Source of the DNA: a virus
Lineage: Duplodnaviria; Caudoviricetes
Reading direction: 5' to 3' (one strand)
Virus record (IMG/VR): IMGVR_UViG_3300010429_001883
Location: 32,001 to 96,000 of that record
Length of the DNA stretch: 64,000 nt
The translations under genes were made by a program, and so were the position numbers. Below are positions 46,476 to 57,161 of the stretch, piece after piece; within the stretch, counting starts at the first letter, position 1, and each line of letters begins with the position of its first letter. A model generated the notes under the pieces. The model ran no database searches, was not told where the DNA came from, and saw only the letters and a program-made list of their open reading frames with translations.

Positions 46476-47337
46476 AGACCTGCTTGTAGCTGGTCATCTG
46501 GCCGGGACTTTAACTTATGATAAAAAGTCTATCAATGGACATCTATATAAAATTAGAAACAATTCTTTATTGTTAAATTTTAATCACCGCCGTGTGTTGG
46601 CTCTTAGTACTCTTGCTTCTAAAGCTGATTTTATTAAAGAAACAACTCTAGGCAGCTTAGTTGATCTTTTGGTGGAACCTATAACAGATGAAATGGCTGT
46701 AGCCAACATAAATTTGGCAGTGCTTCATTATGCATATATGGAGATAGGCACTTTTAAGAAAGACATAATATTTATTTTAAAGAACATTGACACAAGATTT
46801 TTACCTACACTCAAGGCCACTATAGATGCACTAGGTATTTATTCTGTTATAAATAGAACAGGCAATAGAACAATTGTTCGTGTTTTCAGAGAGGATTCCA
46901 AAGATATATTTTTTAATACCATGCAATCTAATATGTTCTTTCAATATAAGAATAACAAACACGCGGCTTTGGCATTTGATTTAAGTGATTACGATAAGGT
47001 ACTTAGGTATCTTAATGATGTTAAACATTCTTTTATTTTACACCATGTATATAATAAAACATTTTGGTCTTTTAAGTGTCTAGGTATTTCATTTAATTTA
47101 TTTCCTAAGTTAAATGTTGTTACGGACATGGAGGCCGAAAAGGCCCTTTTAACGGCACTGGTAAAGAATAGTCCCACGTGTGCTGTTGGTGTAATATCTG
47201 AGCCAATTATAAATCTTTGTAGAGAGTTTAATGTTAAAATAATATCATTTACACCAAGTGTAACTAGTGACTATATGATACCGTTTGAGTCTCATGAACT
47301 TGCAGTAAACAAGTTGAAGGAGTTTTTGTATGCGTAA
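46441..47337 (+). CDS. Hypothetical protein, possible degenerate LAGLIDADG fold
   Basis: LLVAGHLAGT; FL..LK..IDALGIYS.I...IVRV. Confidence 0.4.
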   Translation: MELHSITYQKAKDLLVAGHLAGTLTYDKKSINGHLYKIRNNSLLLNFNHRRVLALSTLASKADFIKETTLGSLVDLLVEPITDEMAVANINLAVLHYAYMEIGTFKKDIIFILKNIDTRFLPTLKATIDALGIYSVINRTGNRTIVRVFREDSKDIFFNTMQSNMFFQYKNNKHAALAFDLSDYDKVLRYLNDVKHSFILHHVYNKTFWSFKCLGISFNLFPKLNVVTDMEAEKALLTALVKNSPTCAVGVISEPIINLCREFNVKIISFTPSVTSDYMIPFESHELAVNKLKEFLYA

Positions 47338-47731
47338 AAAGAAATCTAAAGTAGATTGGCATAAGGTTGGTCGGAAGTCTAAGACAAAGGGCAATTCATA
47401 CGAACGGCTTATTGCTAAGATCTTTAGTGAGTATTTTAATGAAGAATTCATACGAACTCCTTCTAGTGGGGGTATGGATCTTAAAGGGGACATCTGCTTT
47501 AAAGAGTTTTATAAAAAGAGAATGCCGGTTCTTATTGATACTAAGGATCAAAAAACACTTCTTGGTGCTAGAATGAAGCAAGAACTTCTAAAGGCAAGAC
47601 AAGATGCAGATTATTCTAAAGTTGGGGATAGATACTTTTTGGTAGTACACGAACCTGGGACATCTAACCACTTTGCGATGTTGCCGTTAGATTTCCTTCT
47701 TGAACTACTTAAGAAATCTTCTATTTTTTGA
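47330..47731 (+). CDS. Phage Holliday-junction resolvase (PD-(D/E)XK)
   Basis: SKTKGNSYER..A, RTPSSGG, KGDI, IDTK. Confidence 0.75.
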   Translation: MRKKKSKVDWHKVGRKSKTKGNSYERLIAKIFSEYFNEEFIRTPSSGGMDLKGDICFKEFYKKRMPVLIDTKDQKTLLGARMKQELLKARQDADYSKVGDRYFLVVHEPGTSNHFAMLPLDFLLELLKKSSIF

Positions 47732-47756
47732 TTATACTATAACATGGAGGTAGAGT

Positions 47757-48308
47757 GTGAATCTAGAGTCAGAGGTAGGTCCAGTGGTTTCGACAGGTGG
47801 AATGAAGTATGTGGGGCCGTTTGAGTTATCAAAGGCTAACTCAACTGATCTTTGTTATGACTTATATGCTGCTAGTATTTATGCGATAGAGAGTTTACTC
47901 TCTGGGGCAATGACAACGAAAGAGAACCTAACATGTTTTGATTCAAAGGACTTAGAAACATCTAATTTTGAATTTCCATTTGTCCTTAAACCACACACCA
48001 GGGTTTGCATAGATACAGAAACTGTTATTGAATTTACAGAAGAAGTGGGTGCGATTATTGGCCCTAGAAGTGGTTTGGCTTTTATGTATGGGATTGATGT
48101 ACTGGCTGGCATTATTGACCCTGGGTATAGAAACTCAATTAGAGTTATTTTGATAAATCATGGGGAACAGCCATTTACAATTAATCGTGGTGATAGAATA
48201 GCCCAGCTAAGATTAGTTCCAGCTTATCCGTATGGACTAATAAAGGCTAAAGAAATTAATCTTAAAACGGATAGAGGTACTAAGGGTTTTGGTTCAAGTG
48301 GGGTTTAA
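47757..48308 (+). CDS. dut: Trimeric dUTPase
   Basis: YDL, PRSGLA, GIIDPGYR, GDRIAQL, RGTKGFGSSG. Confidence 0.93.
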   Translation: MNLESEVGPVVSTGGMKYVGPFELSKANSTDLCYDLYAASIYAIESLLSGAMTTKENLTCFDSKDLETSNFEFPFVLKPHTRVCIDTETVIEFTEEVGAIIGPRSGLAFMYGIDVLAGIIDPGYRNSIRVILINHGEQPFTINRGDRIAQLRLVPAYPYGLIKAKEINLKTDRGTKGFGSSGV

Positions 48309-49039
48309 TGTCTAAAGGTAAAAAGAGCGTCACATCTTTATTGAAGTATCATAAAGATCTGGAGGGCGGATTACGTACAGAATCCGCCCAAAAATATTTT
48401 AATAAGATGCTTGAAGAAGTTCAAGAGGACTATAGCAATATTGAATTGACCGATGCTGAAAAGGATCAATTACAGAAAGATCTTTTTTTGCTTAAGTATG
48501 GTCATGGTGTTTTTGAACCTAAGAAATGTGATAAAAACTGTACATGTAGTTTAAAAGAAATGGGCAAGGCGCCCGAAGGCAAGCCCTGCCCATTTGAAAT
48601 AGCATTTATAGGTGACCGTTTTAAATTCTGGGCTGAAACATTCCAGCAAAACGAAATAGATGTAGAAAACCCTCTTTATCAAACTTATATATCAGAATTG
48701 GCTTATTTAGATAATCTTATTCATCGTTGCGCGCAAGCACTTGCTACAACATACCAAACGCCCATAGTTGAGTCAGTTTCCGGAGTAACAAAATCAGGAG
48801 ACGTGTTAATAGAACTAATTGAAAATCCAGTAATAGGAGTTATGGATAAATTGGAAGCCAGAAAGAATAAACTCCTTAATGATTTAGTATTAACGCCACG
48901 AGAAAGCTATAAGCGTAAAGTAGCTTTAAAAATAAAAACACAAGATGACTATGCTTCTATCCAAGCAGCTAAACGTGTAATTGAGATTTCACCTGACCAT
49001 TTGATGGAAGCACCAGACCACTTGTCTGATGATGAATAG
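48308..49039 (+). CDS. Probable terminase small subunit
   Basis: P27-like ENP....L..L.LTP motif; upstream of TerL. Confidence 0.5.
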   Translation: MSKGKKSVTSLLKYHKDLEGGLRTESAQKYFNKMLEEVQEDYSNIELTDAEKDQLQKDLFLLKYGHGVFEPKKCDKNCTCSLKEMGKAPEGKPCPFEIAFIGDRFKFWAETFQQNEIDVENPLYQTYISELAYLDNLIHRCAQALATTYQTPIVESVSGVTKSGDVLIELIENPVIGVMDKLEARKNKLLNDLVLTPRESYKRKVALKIKTQDDYASIQAAKRVIEISPDHLMEAPDHLSDDE

Positions 49040-49050
49040 GAGGCACAGAT

Positions 49051-50019
49051 ATGGCAATACCTACACAGGCTGTTAAAATGGGGTTAAAGGGATTATGGGA
49101 AGGTATGCAGGGGGGATTAGCTAAATTTGGTTCTAATGTTGCAGAAGCATGGAAAACAAGGGGTATGTCTAACCTTGTTGTAGAGAATGCATTAACAGAA
49201 CAACACTACGCTGCCAGTGCTGCTGTTAGAATGAATCCAGTAATGCCAACAGGAGACGATGCCACCCGAAAAGCAATCGCTAAAAATATACGCAGACTAA
49301 GAGAAAAAATGCGTTCAGGTGACATAAGTGAAGACGCAAAAAGTAATCTAGAATTAGCTGTGAAAGGCCTTAGGGGACACACGGTTGCTCCGCTGCAGAA
49401 ACAGCGTAATGCACCACGAGCAGGTTTTGCTGCCACTAGGAAACAAGTAAAAGAAGGAGTTGCAGCAGGGAAAAATTTTTTAGAGATGGCAAAATCTGGG
49501 GAACTAGAACGTCAATATTATTCTCGAGCCTATTTTGCTAAAGGAATTAATCGTACTCTTTCTTTAGCATCAACTGGGGCTATAGCTGGTGGGGCAAAAG
49601 GTGCATACGATTCTACGTTAGGTCCAGATTCTGAAAGTAAAGGATTTATTGGTTCTACTCTTGGTGGGGCATTAAAAGGTGCATTTATTGGTGCCGGTGC
49701 TGGTGCAGGATTTCATCTAGCTCGTGGAGCTAAAATCAAGCAATTTGGTGCTGCTGGACTAAAATCAAACGCAGCTGTTAAAAGAGTAGGACTAAAGGAG
49801 GCAATGGCGTCCGATCTAACAAAGATGAACTTGCCAGATAATCTTTCAGATTTTGCCAAGTCTGTTGAAATAAGGCATCGCGTGGCGAAACAATTCGGAG
49901 TAAGTACAAGAAAGTGTAATGAAGCACTAAATTCCAAAACCCCAGACTTCCGAAAAGCAAAACCAGCCAAAGTTTCTAAAATTCCAAGAAAAAGAATCAA
50001 TTTTGCCAACAAAGGATAA
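49051..50019 (+). CDS. Basic Gly/Ala-rich protein with glycine-zipper helix (possible internal virion protein)
   Basis: GGALKGAFIGAGAGAG; GGAGG RBS. Confidence 0.55.
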   Translation: MAIPTQAVKMGLKGLWEGMQGGLAKFGSNVAEAWKTRGMSNLVVENALTEQHYAASAAVRMNPVMPTGDDATRKAIAKNIRRLREKMRSGDISEDAKSNLELAVKGLRGHTVAPLQKQRNAPRAGFAATRKQVKEGVAAGKNFLEMAKSGELERQYYSRAYFAKGINRTLSLASTGAIAGGAKGAYDSTLGPDSESKGFIGSTLGGALKGAFIGAGAGAGFHLARGAKIKQFGAAGLKSNAAVKRVGLKEAMASDLTKMNLPDNLSDFAKSVEIRHRVAKQFGVSTRKCNEALNSKTPDFRKAKPAKVSKIPRKRINFANKG

Positions 50020-50058
50020 TATGCCGTTTCAGCAAGCAAATGATAGGTATTAATATAA

Positions 50059-50520
50059 ATGGCAATAGTAGAACAAGCAACAAAAATGGCTGCCAAAAAA
50101 GCCCCCAAAATGTTAGGAGGGGGTGTTTCTAAATTATCCATGGCTGGGTATGCTGTAGCTCCTCTCTTTTCTTTGTGGGGGCTACATACTGCATGGACTT
50201 CTCATGAAATGACTTCCATGAAAATTTTAGATGTTGCTGGAACAGCTATAACAGAGCCTTTAACCTATATTCCATTTGTTGGTATACCAATAGCGTTTGG
50301 CGTACAATTGCCTTTTAGTATTGGTGTATCGATATTAGAATCTATAGCTCAAAATGCCGGATCTCAGAATCAATTTAAAACATCTCCAATGGTTTATAAT
50401 AACAAAGTAGCTCAATCCATTTCCAGAGCTACATCAAAGATGGGCGCACTGGCTGGAACTAGCATGTCTTCACAAAACCGTGCATATGGTTTGCACAGAA
50501 AATATGGACTTAGTTTATAA
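50059..50520 (+). CDS. Hydrophobic hypothetical protein
   Basis: Two hydrophobic segments; coupled to TerL. Confidence 0.55.
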   Translation: MAIVEQATKMAAKKAPKMLGGGVSKLSMAGYAVAPLFSLWGLHTAWTSHEMTSMKILDVAGTAITEPLTYIPFVGIPIAFGVQLPFSIGVSILESIAQNAGSQNQFKTSPMVYNNKVAQSISRATSKMGALAGTSMSSQNRAYGLHRKYGLSL

Positions 50521-52493
50521 TGAAAGATGCCTATACCTTTCTTAAAGAAATACTTGATACGCCCGAAAGAATAGCCAAAAGAAAGGCGATGCACCCGTAT
50601 TGTCAAGAATGCCTCTACGCAACTAATCCTAAAAATTATATTGGCAGTCAACCTGAAAGAAGGTCTCGCGAAACAACAAAGGAGCGTGGCGATCCAGAAT
50701 GTGTTGGCATTTATCTAAAAGAAGATTTTGAATATGGATATACTGAATTACAGAAAGCTGGTTATGTGCAAGTTACGCTTGATGATGTTGTTGATTGGTT
50801 AAACCCGTCTCACTGGGTTCAAAAAAATCTAAGCCTAACTGGGACAGAATTTAAACCATATTGGTATCAAGACAGAACTTTAAAGTGTACAGCTAGACTA
50901 AAAGCATTACGTAAAGGCCGCCGCGCCGGCAAGACAGAATTCATTGCTGCGTATGCTGTTTATAGATTATTTAATCCCCCTAAACCGTTTTGGAAAATTC
51001 TTATAACTTGCCCACAGCAACCACATTCTAAAGAAATATATGAAAAGATTAATGAATTCTTAACAGCTAACCCTGCACTTATAGACTCTGTTATTATTAA
51101 GAAAACACCTTATTTTGAATTAAAGGTTAAGGGTACTAGGGCCAGATTAAGGATATTTACAGCAGGTTCTAAGTCTGGTAATAAAGCATTGGGTGTTCGT
51201 GGTCAGGGTGCCAACGAAATAGTTCTTGATGAAACAGACTACTTGTCTGAAGACGATACAAATACTATTTCTCCTATTTTAACAGATCCTGGTGGAGGTA
51301 TGCTACTTGCAGCCTCGACACTTAATGGTCAAGAAAACACATTCTTTTATAAATTATGCCACATGACAAGTGTTAAGGAATTTTATATTCCTTTTCGAGC
51401 CAGGCCAGATTGGACGCCGGAAAAAGAGCAGTTAGCGAGAGATACTTGTGCCAATGAATTGACTTGGGAACTTGAATATAATGTTCGGTGGGTGGGCCAA
51501 GTTGCCGGGGTATTTCAAAAACAATTTGTTGGTATTGCGTTTAATAGGCATCCATACACATATGAAGATATGAAATTTAATCCTGGATGGAAATATTACT
51601 TGGGCATTGATTGGAATGGAGACAATAACGGCACAAGGTTGATGATTGTTGGGTTTAACCCAGACAAGAAAACACTCCATACAGTTGCTAAAGAAATTGT
51701 GGCATATGAAGGCTGGACGCAGACCAAGGCTATAAGCAAAATAATTGAATTAAATAGAATATGGAAACCCGATCTAATTGTAATAGATAAGGGGTTTGGT
51801 CAATGCCAAGATGAAATTATTAGATTAGTTGGTATTGAGGCAGATAAAGCAGTCCACATGAATAAGGACTTAGGCGAGAGTATTAAATATGACGCTAGAT
51901 TGAAAGATATTGTTGAAGTTGTAGATTTTGGTGGTACAATAGTAGTACCTAATTTGTTTACTAAAACAGATGAACAAAAGTATGCTAAACAATATTTGGT
52001 TGAAAACTTGCAGAGGTTATTTGAATTGCAAGCAATAAGCCTGGCCGAGGATGAGACACTTAAACACCAACTACTTAATTATGTTGTGGGTAAATTTGGT
52101 ACTAAGGGACCTGTGTACAAGGCAGGTAAGGAGGGTGACCACGATCTAGATGCTTTGGCTCTAGCTTGTTTTGGTTTTGCAAAGAAATGTCATTATGAGT
52201 TCCAAGAGAGCGACTCCGTGATAGCAGCAGTTGTTGTAAAGAAAAGTGCCGAGCAACTACAGGCCGAATCAGAGGAGCAGCCACAAAGTTTAGCCATATT
52301 GCATGAAGAACAAAAATACAATAAACATAACGATCCACCACAGATTGCTATTATGCCGAAGTTTAAGAATAAATCAAAAGAGTCGAGGGCAATAACTAAA
52401 AACACTAAAGTAAATAAGGTTCCATCTAGAGTAATTAATAAAGAACCTAATAATATTATAGGTTTTATGCGAGGAAGACATGGGCAGAATTGA
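50520..52493 (+). CDS. terL: Terminase large subunit
   Basis: YQ motif, Walker A GRRAGKT, Walker B IVLDE, ASTL, LGIDW, DHDLDAL. Confidence 0.93.
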   Translation: MKDAYTFLKEILDTPERIAKRKAMHPYCQECLYATNPKNYIGSQPERRSRETTKERGDPECVGIYLKEDFEYGYTELQKAGYVQVTLDDVVDWLNPSHWVQKNLSLTGTEFKPYWYQDRTLKCTARLKALRKGRRAGKTEFIAAYAVYRLFNPPKPFWKILITCPQQPHSKEIYEKINEFLTANPALIDSVIIKKTPYFELKVKGTRARLRIFTAGSKSGNKALGVRGQGANEIVLDETDYLSEDDTNTISPILTDPGGGMLLAASTLNGQENTFFYKLCHMTSVKEFYIPFRARPDWTPEKEQLARDTCANELTWELEYNVRWVGQVAGVFQKQFVGIAFNRHPYTYEDMKFNPGWKYYLGIDWNGDNNGTRLMIVGFNPDKKTLHTVAKEIVAYEGWTQTKAISKIIELNRIWKPDLIVIDKGFGQCQDEIIRLVGIEADKAVHMNKDLGESIKYDARLKDIVEVVDFGGTIVVPNLFTKTDEQKYAKQYLVENLQRLFELQAISLAEDETLKHQLLNYVVGKFGTKGPVYKAGKEGDHDLDALALACFGFAKKCHYEFQESDSVIAAVVVKKSAEQLQAESEEQPQSLAILHEEQKYNKHNDPPQIAIMPKFKNKSKESRAITKNTKVNKVPSRVINKEPNNIIGFMRGRHGQN

Positions 52494-52830
52494 ACCATAT
52501 AAATTTGAACCGCCTCCGAGCGAAATACGTTTAGAGGATAAAAAGTCGGCTGTTAAGCCAAAGGATACAACTCAGGAAATTTATCAGCAGAGACTGAAAG
52601 ATTTAATTGATTTGTTAGATTTGATTGCTGAATTGTGTGATTATTCGGAACAACTGATTGATCAAGAAATGAAAGATGTTACTTTAGTTTTTGATCCTCA
52701 GAATTTTCCCGAACTTCATGCTAGTATGAAACGACGGTTTCCTTCAGCCGATCCTACAAAAGTAACATATGAACAATATAAGGATACGTTTAACCTGATT
52801 TCTGATCTTGTTGTTAATGGGGTATGGTAA
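52480..52830 (+). CDS. Hypothetical protein
   Basis: GAGGA RBS; head module. Confidence 0.6.
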   Translation: MGRIEPYKFEPPPSEIRLEDKKSAVKPKDTTQEIYQQRLKDLIDLLDLIAELCDYSEQLIDQEMKDVTLVFDPQNFPELHASMKRRFPSADPTKVTYEQYKDTFNLISDLVVNGVW

Positions 52831-54011
52831 TGGAAATTACTGCTAAAGTGCCGGGACTAGATTTGACCAATAAAGTCATTCAAGGATCTACAGCCGCTAA
52901 AAGGTTGGGAGTTGATCGTGGCATGACTGCTGCGGACTCTTGGAATCAATTAATAAGAGGGACTTATGATTTAACTTACCCGCACATTGTTGGTGATTTT
53001 AGGCATATGAAGGATGACTATCAGATTACTAAATTCTCTGTTGCTTCTATCAAAAGGAAAATTCCTGCCTTTGGAAACGTGATGTCTTTGTTTCCTAATA
53101 AATTAGGTTGGAATTTGGCCCTGCCTGATCCTGTGCATGGTTTTGTAAAAAAATCAAAAGTAAGTGCTGAAACGGTTTTTGAATCAGTACAGAATATGGA
53201 CTATACAACTAAGGCGGCAGAAAAACTATTTAATATCGATACCGCTGCATCAACAGCAGCTAAGGGATTATTTTCTGATTTAAATAGTACTTTTCCAGAT
53301 ACCAGTACGAGAGTTGATCTTATTGCTGGGCTAAACCCAGACAATGTTTTAAATGCAGCGTTCTCTGACGGTCAGACCGCAACGCAGTTTAGCTCTTCAA
53401 CCACACAAGCCGCCCCAAGTTCCGCTGTTGATCAAGCTAAACAAAGTGTAATTACACAATTACATGAATCTATTGATGAGGCGGTTTTTGGCGATTCAGA
53501 AGCTATGTTGCCTGCTGTTGGGTACCCAGGAAGCAATATGAATGGTTATGTTTTCTACCAAAAATCAAAGAGCAACAAATGGCTTGTTCCAAACAGTTTA
53601 AGCAGTTTAAATTCTAATAAGCTTATGGTCGTGGTATTTGATGAAGAAGGCTATGAGATTCTTTATGATGAGTTTTTTGTAGATAAAAATTATAACGTTA
53701 CTTTAACTTTTGAAGAGCCTGTTATTGGCCGAGCAGTTATTTTTAGACTGGACGAAGTATATAGACCAGAAATACCCCCAGTGGATGTTGATGAACTTTT
53801 AGAAGCTTTAAGTGAAGATGAGGCTGCTGGAGCCGCCGGAACAACTTCCCCTGTTGACACATTAGATCCGTTGGCTAACTCCCAAATTGGGCCTGATCTT
53901 AGTCAGGTTGATTTAAATGATCCAGCAACTAAAGCCAAGGTTGAAGAAGATTTGATGGGCGGTGAGACGGTTTACAAATTTGAAGATCGTGCTATGCTAA
54001 ACAGGAATTAA
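52824..54011 (+). CDS. Putative virion protein
   Basis: Contains a small phage beta domain (W...L...VVVFD..G......VTLTF...GRA). Confidence 0.55.
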   Translation: MVMEITAKVPGLDLTNKVIQGSTAAKRLGVDRGMTAADSWNQLIRGTYDLTYPHIVGDFRHMKDDYQITKFSVASIKRKIPAFGNVMSLFPNKLGWNLALPDPVHGFVKKSKVSAETVFESVQNMDYTTKAAEKLFNIDTAASTAAKGLFSDLNSTFPDTSTRVDLIAGLNPDNVLNAAFSDGQTATQFSSSTTQAAPSSAVDQAKQSVITQLHESIDEAVFGDSEAMLPAVGYPGSNMNGYVFYQKSKSNKWLVPNSLSSLNSNKLMVVVFDEEGYEILYDEFFVDKNYNVTLTFEEPVIGRAVIFRLDEVYRPEIPPVDVDELLEALSEDEAAGAAGTTSPVDTLDPLANSQIGPDLSQVDLNDPATKAKVEEDLMGGETVYKFEDRAMLNRN

Positions 54012-54013
54012 TT

Positions 54014-55366
54014 ATGTTACCAGATAAAATATTAGCTAACGATTTAATTGTTGTTTCTAATACATATGAAAATCAAGTAATGAACTCCGGAGAAGAGTAT
54101 CAAGGAACATTTCATTTTAGCCTCCTTAAGAATCTTCGAATGCTTAAGAATACTGCTCAAACGTTGTCTGAAACATTAAAATCTGTTCCTAGCTATGAGC
54201 CTCCTACAGAGGAAGCTGGCTCAACGACAGAGGAAACAACTGGGAGTACAACAGATGTAGCAAGCGGGGTTAGTTCTGGTTCTGTTAATTCCCTTGTTGG
54301 TGGTTCAGGCGTATCTAGAGGAAGTACCAGCGGCGGTTCTGGTGCAGGTAGTTCTGGGATAAGAGTATCTGGTTCTGGTGGTATTGGCGGTAATTTTGGA
54401 ATTAGAAATGCCATAAGACGCGGATCAATAAACTCAAGAATTGCCGGACCTATTGATACTAAACTTAAAGGAACAGTACCTGGTGATATTTTAGATACTG
54501 TTGAAAAAATTGGTAATATTAGTCTAGGTAATTTGGCAGACGTTATCGATAATTTGACAGGCAATACTGACGCCGTAAAGGCAGCCGGATGCGCGGCCAC
54601 TGCTTTAAGTGTTCTTGGCATGTTTGATAGAAATATTATGGTACAAATTAATAAGGCCTTTTCTTATGCTGGAGCAGTTTCAAACATGATCTCTGCCTTT
54701 ACTGCTGCTCCAATGTCATTCTTTTCATCCTTTTTCGCAGGTGGTGGTCTGTCGGCGTGCATAGACATACCAGTACTTAGTAATATTATTGGCCCTATAA
54801 CTGTTGGTTTGTCTGGTGTTGGTGTTATGGGTCCACACGGGTCTTTAGTATCCGCTGCCGCTTCGGCATCTATGTATGGTAATATGCCATTACTTAGACA
54901 ACTAAAAAGAGTAAGTGCCTTGGCCAGCGGAGTTGCCAATGCCTGTACTGGAAGTCCAGATAATCCTATAAGCCAACTTCTAGAAAAGAGCACAACAGAA
55001 ATGGATAGGCTGTCTCAGCTATTTAAAGATGAAGTAGCTAAATTTTCAGATGTACTTAATAAAGGAATGAAAACAATCAACGACCAAATAAGTGATATAG
55101 GAACTAATTATTTATTTAACAAAATGTCAGACAGTGCGACAAATGATTTTAATTCTTCTGCAAACATTCAAGCACCCGCCGGCGGAAACATTAATATAAG
55201 TGCTGGTAGTTTATTACAAACATTTGGTATATTCCCTCCTACATCTAGTTCAACTAACAGGAAACTAGATTATTTCAGTACCAAACCAAAAACAGGTAAA
55301 GCTGCTGGCAGAATAAAAAGCACATTACAATTATCTGGTACGACTACTAAGCTTTCGTTGAGGTAA
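54014..55366 (+). CDS. Gly/Ser-rich putative virion protein
   Basis: Low-complexity linker and hydrophobic helices; lies between TerL and portal. Confidence 0.55.
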   Translation: MLPDKILANDLIVVSNTYENQVMNSGEEYQGTFHFSLLKNLRMLKNTAQTLSETLKSVPSYEPPTEEAGSTTEETTGSTTDVASGVSSGSVNSLVGGSGVSRGSTSGGSGAGSSGIRVSGSGGIGGNFGIRNAIRRGSINSRIAGPIDTKLKGTVPGDILDTVEKIGNISLGNLADVIDNLTGNTDAVKAAGCAATALSVLGMFDRNIMVQINKAFSYAGAVSNMISAFTAAPMSFFSSFFAGGGLSACIDIPVLSNIIGPITVGLSGVGVMGPHGSLVSAAASASMYGNMPLLRQLKRVSALASGVANACTGSPDNPISQLLEKSTTEMDRLSQLFKDEVAKFSDVLNKGMKTINDQISDIGTNYLFNKMSDSATNDFNSSANIQAPAGGNINISAGSLLQTFGIFPPTSSSTNRKLDYFSTKPKTGKAAGRIKSTLQLSGTTTKLSLR

Positions 55367-55369
55367 ATT

Positions 55370-57067
55370 ATGGAAAACAATGATAACAATGATGAGATAA
55401 CTGCTGTAGCAGCATACGATCAGCTACTAGAAACAAAGTTGATGGAACCCCATTCATTTGAGAATGGTCGTTTGGTTGTTGTGCGAAGAACCGATTTTAT
55501 GGATAAAGTGTCAATGCGTTCTATCACTAAACCAGATTATGTTGATAGGGGATCTTTTTATTTTAAGTATGATAGAGAGCGGATAGTAAACCCTGAATTT
55601 GATTTTCAGCAAGTATTTACTTATTACCATAATGAGCCTCTAATTGAGAGGGCAATATCTAAACGTGTTAGTTTAATGTTCAAGAATGGTTGGAAGATAG
55701 TAGGTAAGGATAAGAGCCTAGTAAAGCAAATCAATGAAAGGTTTTTTGAGAAATGCTTGATTAGTGGTAAGACTCCTACTAGTTTTCTTATTGAGTTATG
55801 TGAATTATTGCTTAGGTATAGCAATGCATTCATTTATAAGAAAAGAGTAGCTTCTGAAGAAACCAATGAATCGGGTGTTGTTTATAAGGTTGGTAAAAAA
55901 ATAATTAAACCTACAACTACTTACCAACTTATAAGCCCGCTTGTGATGAAGCCAAAATTAGATAAAGATGGCAGAATCATTCAATGGCTTCAATATTCTG
56001 TTGATAAGTCCAGAGAAGTTGCTAAATATAACCCGAACGATATAATTCATTTGCATATGAATAGGGAAACAGGGTTTATATTCGGTAAGCCAAAGATTTT
56101 ATCAATAGTTCAAGATGTTGATGCTCTTAGAAGAATAGAAGAAAACGTGCAAATGCTTATTGCTATTCACTTGTTTCCTCTGTATCAGTATATAGTAGGT
56201 ACTGAAGAGCGTCCTGCAAAAATTCTTCCCAACGGCACAACGGAAGTAGATGCAGTTCAAGAAATGGTAGAATCTCTTCCTACTCAGGGCGTTATTTTTA
56301 CACCAGAGCGGCATAAAATTCAGGCAGTATCCACAGATAGTGTTATGGATGTAAACCCATACCTGAGTTATTTTAAGAATAGATTGTATACTGGTTTGGG
56401 TGTTTCTAGTGTCGACATGGGCGAAGGCGATACTTCTAATAGAGGGACAGCAGTTACTATTTCTCAAGCATTGAAAGATTCAATCGGCTTTGATCAAACA
56501 CTGATTTCTGAAATGCTCAACGCTACAATACTTAAGGATATTATTTTAGAAATTCCAGGGACAAAGAACGAACTTGTTCAGTTATTAATGAGCACCAACT
56601 TCAGATTCTTAACTATTGATGTTGATGAGAAAATAAAGAAAGAAACACATGCTCAGGCTCTATATAATTCTGGGGCAATTTCCCACAATGAGATGAGAGA
56701 CGCCGTTAACCAAGATCCTTGGGTTAGTGAGCAAGATCTTATTGATAATACTACGACTGGAATTAAGTTTAAATTCCAAGTTGTGTTGGCAGAGCTAGCA
56801 GCCAAACTTAAGTCGCAAATGACTACAGCTTCGGCTGGAGGTACAGAACCGAAGACCTCTGCAGCTAAATCCTCTGCATCCACTGAAAGATACACAAGTA
56901 ACATACTTAGGCCCGAAAATGCACAAGGAAAGAAGCTTGATCCTAAAAGACTTACCAATAGTTTGGATTGGTCGGCGTTTGGCCTAGATGCGGAAACTGA
57001 TTCAGATAAGATTAACACAATCTCGGAATGGCTTATAGAAGAGATAGATAAGATCTTTTTAACTTAA
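55370..57067 (+). CDS. Portal protein
   Basis: Size and position; YSNAFI, DIIHL....FG.P, GLGV..V.MG, G.IS.NEMR. Confidence 0.8.
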   Translation: MENNDNNDEITAVAAYDQLLETKLMEPHSFENGRLVVVRRTDFMDKVSMRSITKPDYVDRGSFYFKYDRERIVNPEFDFQQVFTYYHNEPLIERAISKRVSLMFKNGWKIVGKDKSLVKQINERFFEKCLISGKTPTSFLIELCELLLRYSNAFIYKKRVASEETNESGVVYKVGKKIIKPTTTYQLISPLVMKPKLDKDGRIIQWLQYSVDKSREVAKYNPNDIIHLHMNRETGFIFGKPKILSIVQDVDALRRIEENVQMLIAIHLFPLYQYIVGTEERPAKILPNGTTEVDAVQEMVESLPTQGVIFTPERHKIQAVSTDSVMDVNPYLSYFKNRLYTGLGVSSVDMGEGDTSNRGTAVTISQALKDSIGFDQTLISEMLNATILKDIILEIPGTKNELVQLLMSTNFRFLTIDVDEKIKKETHAQALYNSGAISHNEMRDAVNQDPWVSEQDLIDNTTTGIKFKFQVVLAELAAKLKSQMTTASAGGTEPKTSAAKSSASTERYTSNILRPENAQGKKLDPKRLTNSLDWSAFGLDAETDSDKINTISEWLIEEIDKIFLT

Positions 57068-57161
57068 AATTCAAATTTTGAATTTTATCTAGAATCTTTT
57101 TAAATTACTATACTATGAGAGCGTACACTTTGTTGTACGCTTATTTTTTATGGAGGGCGAG

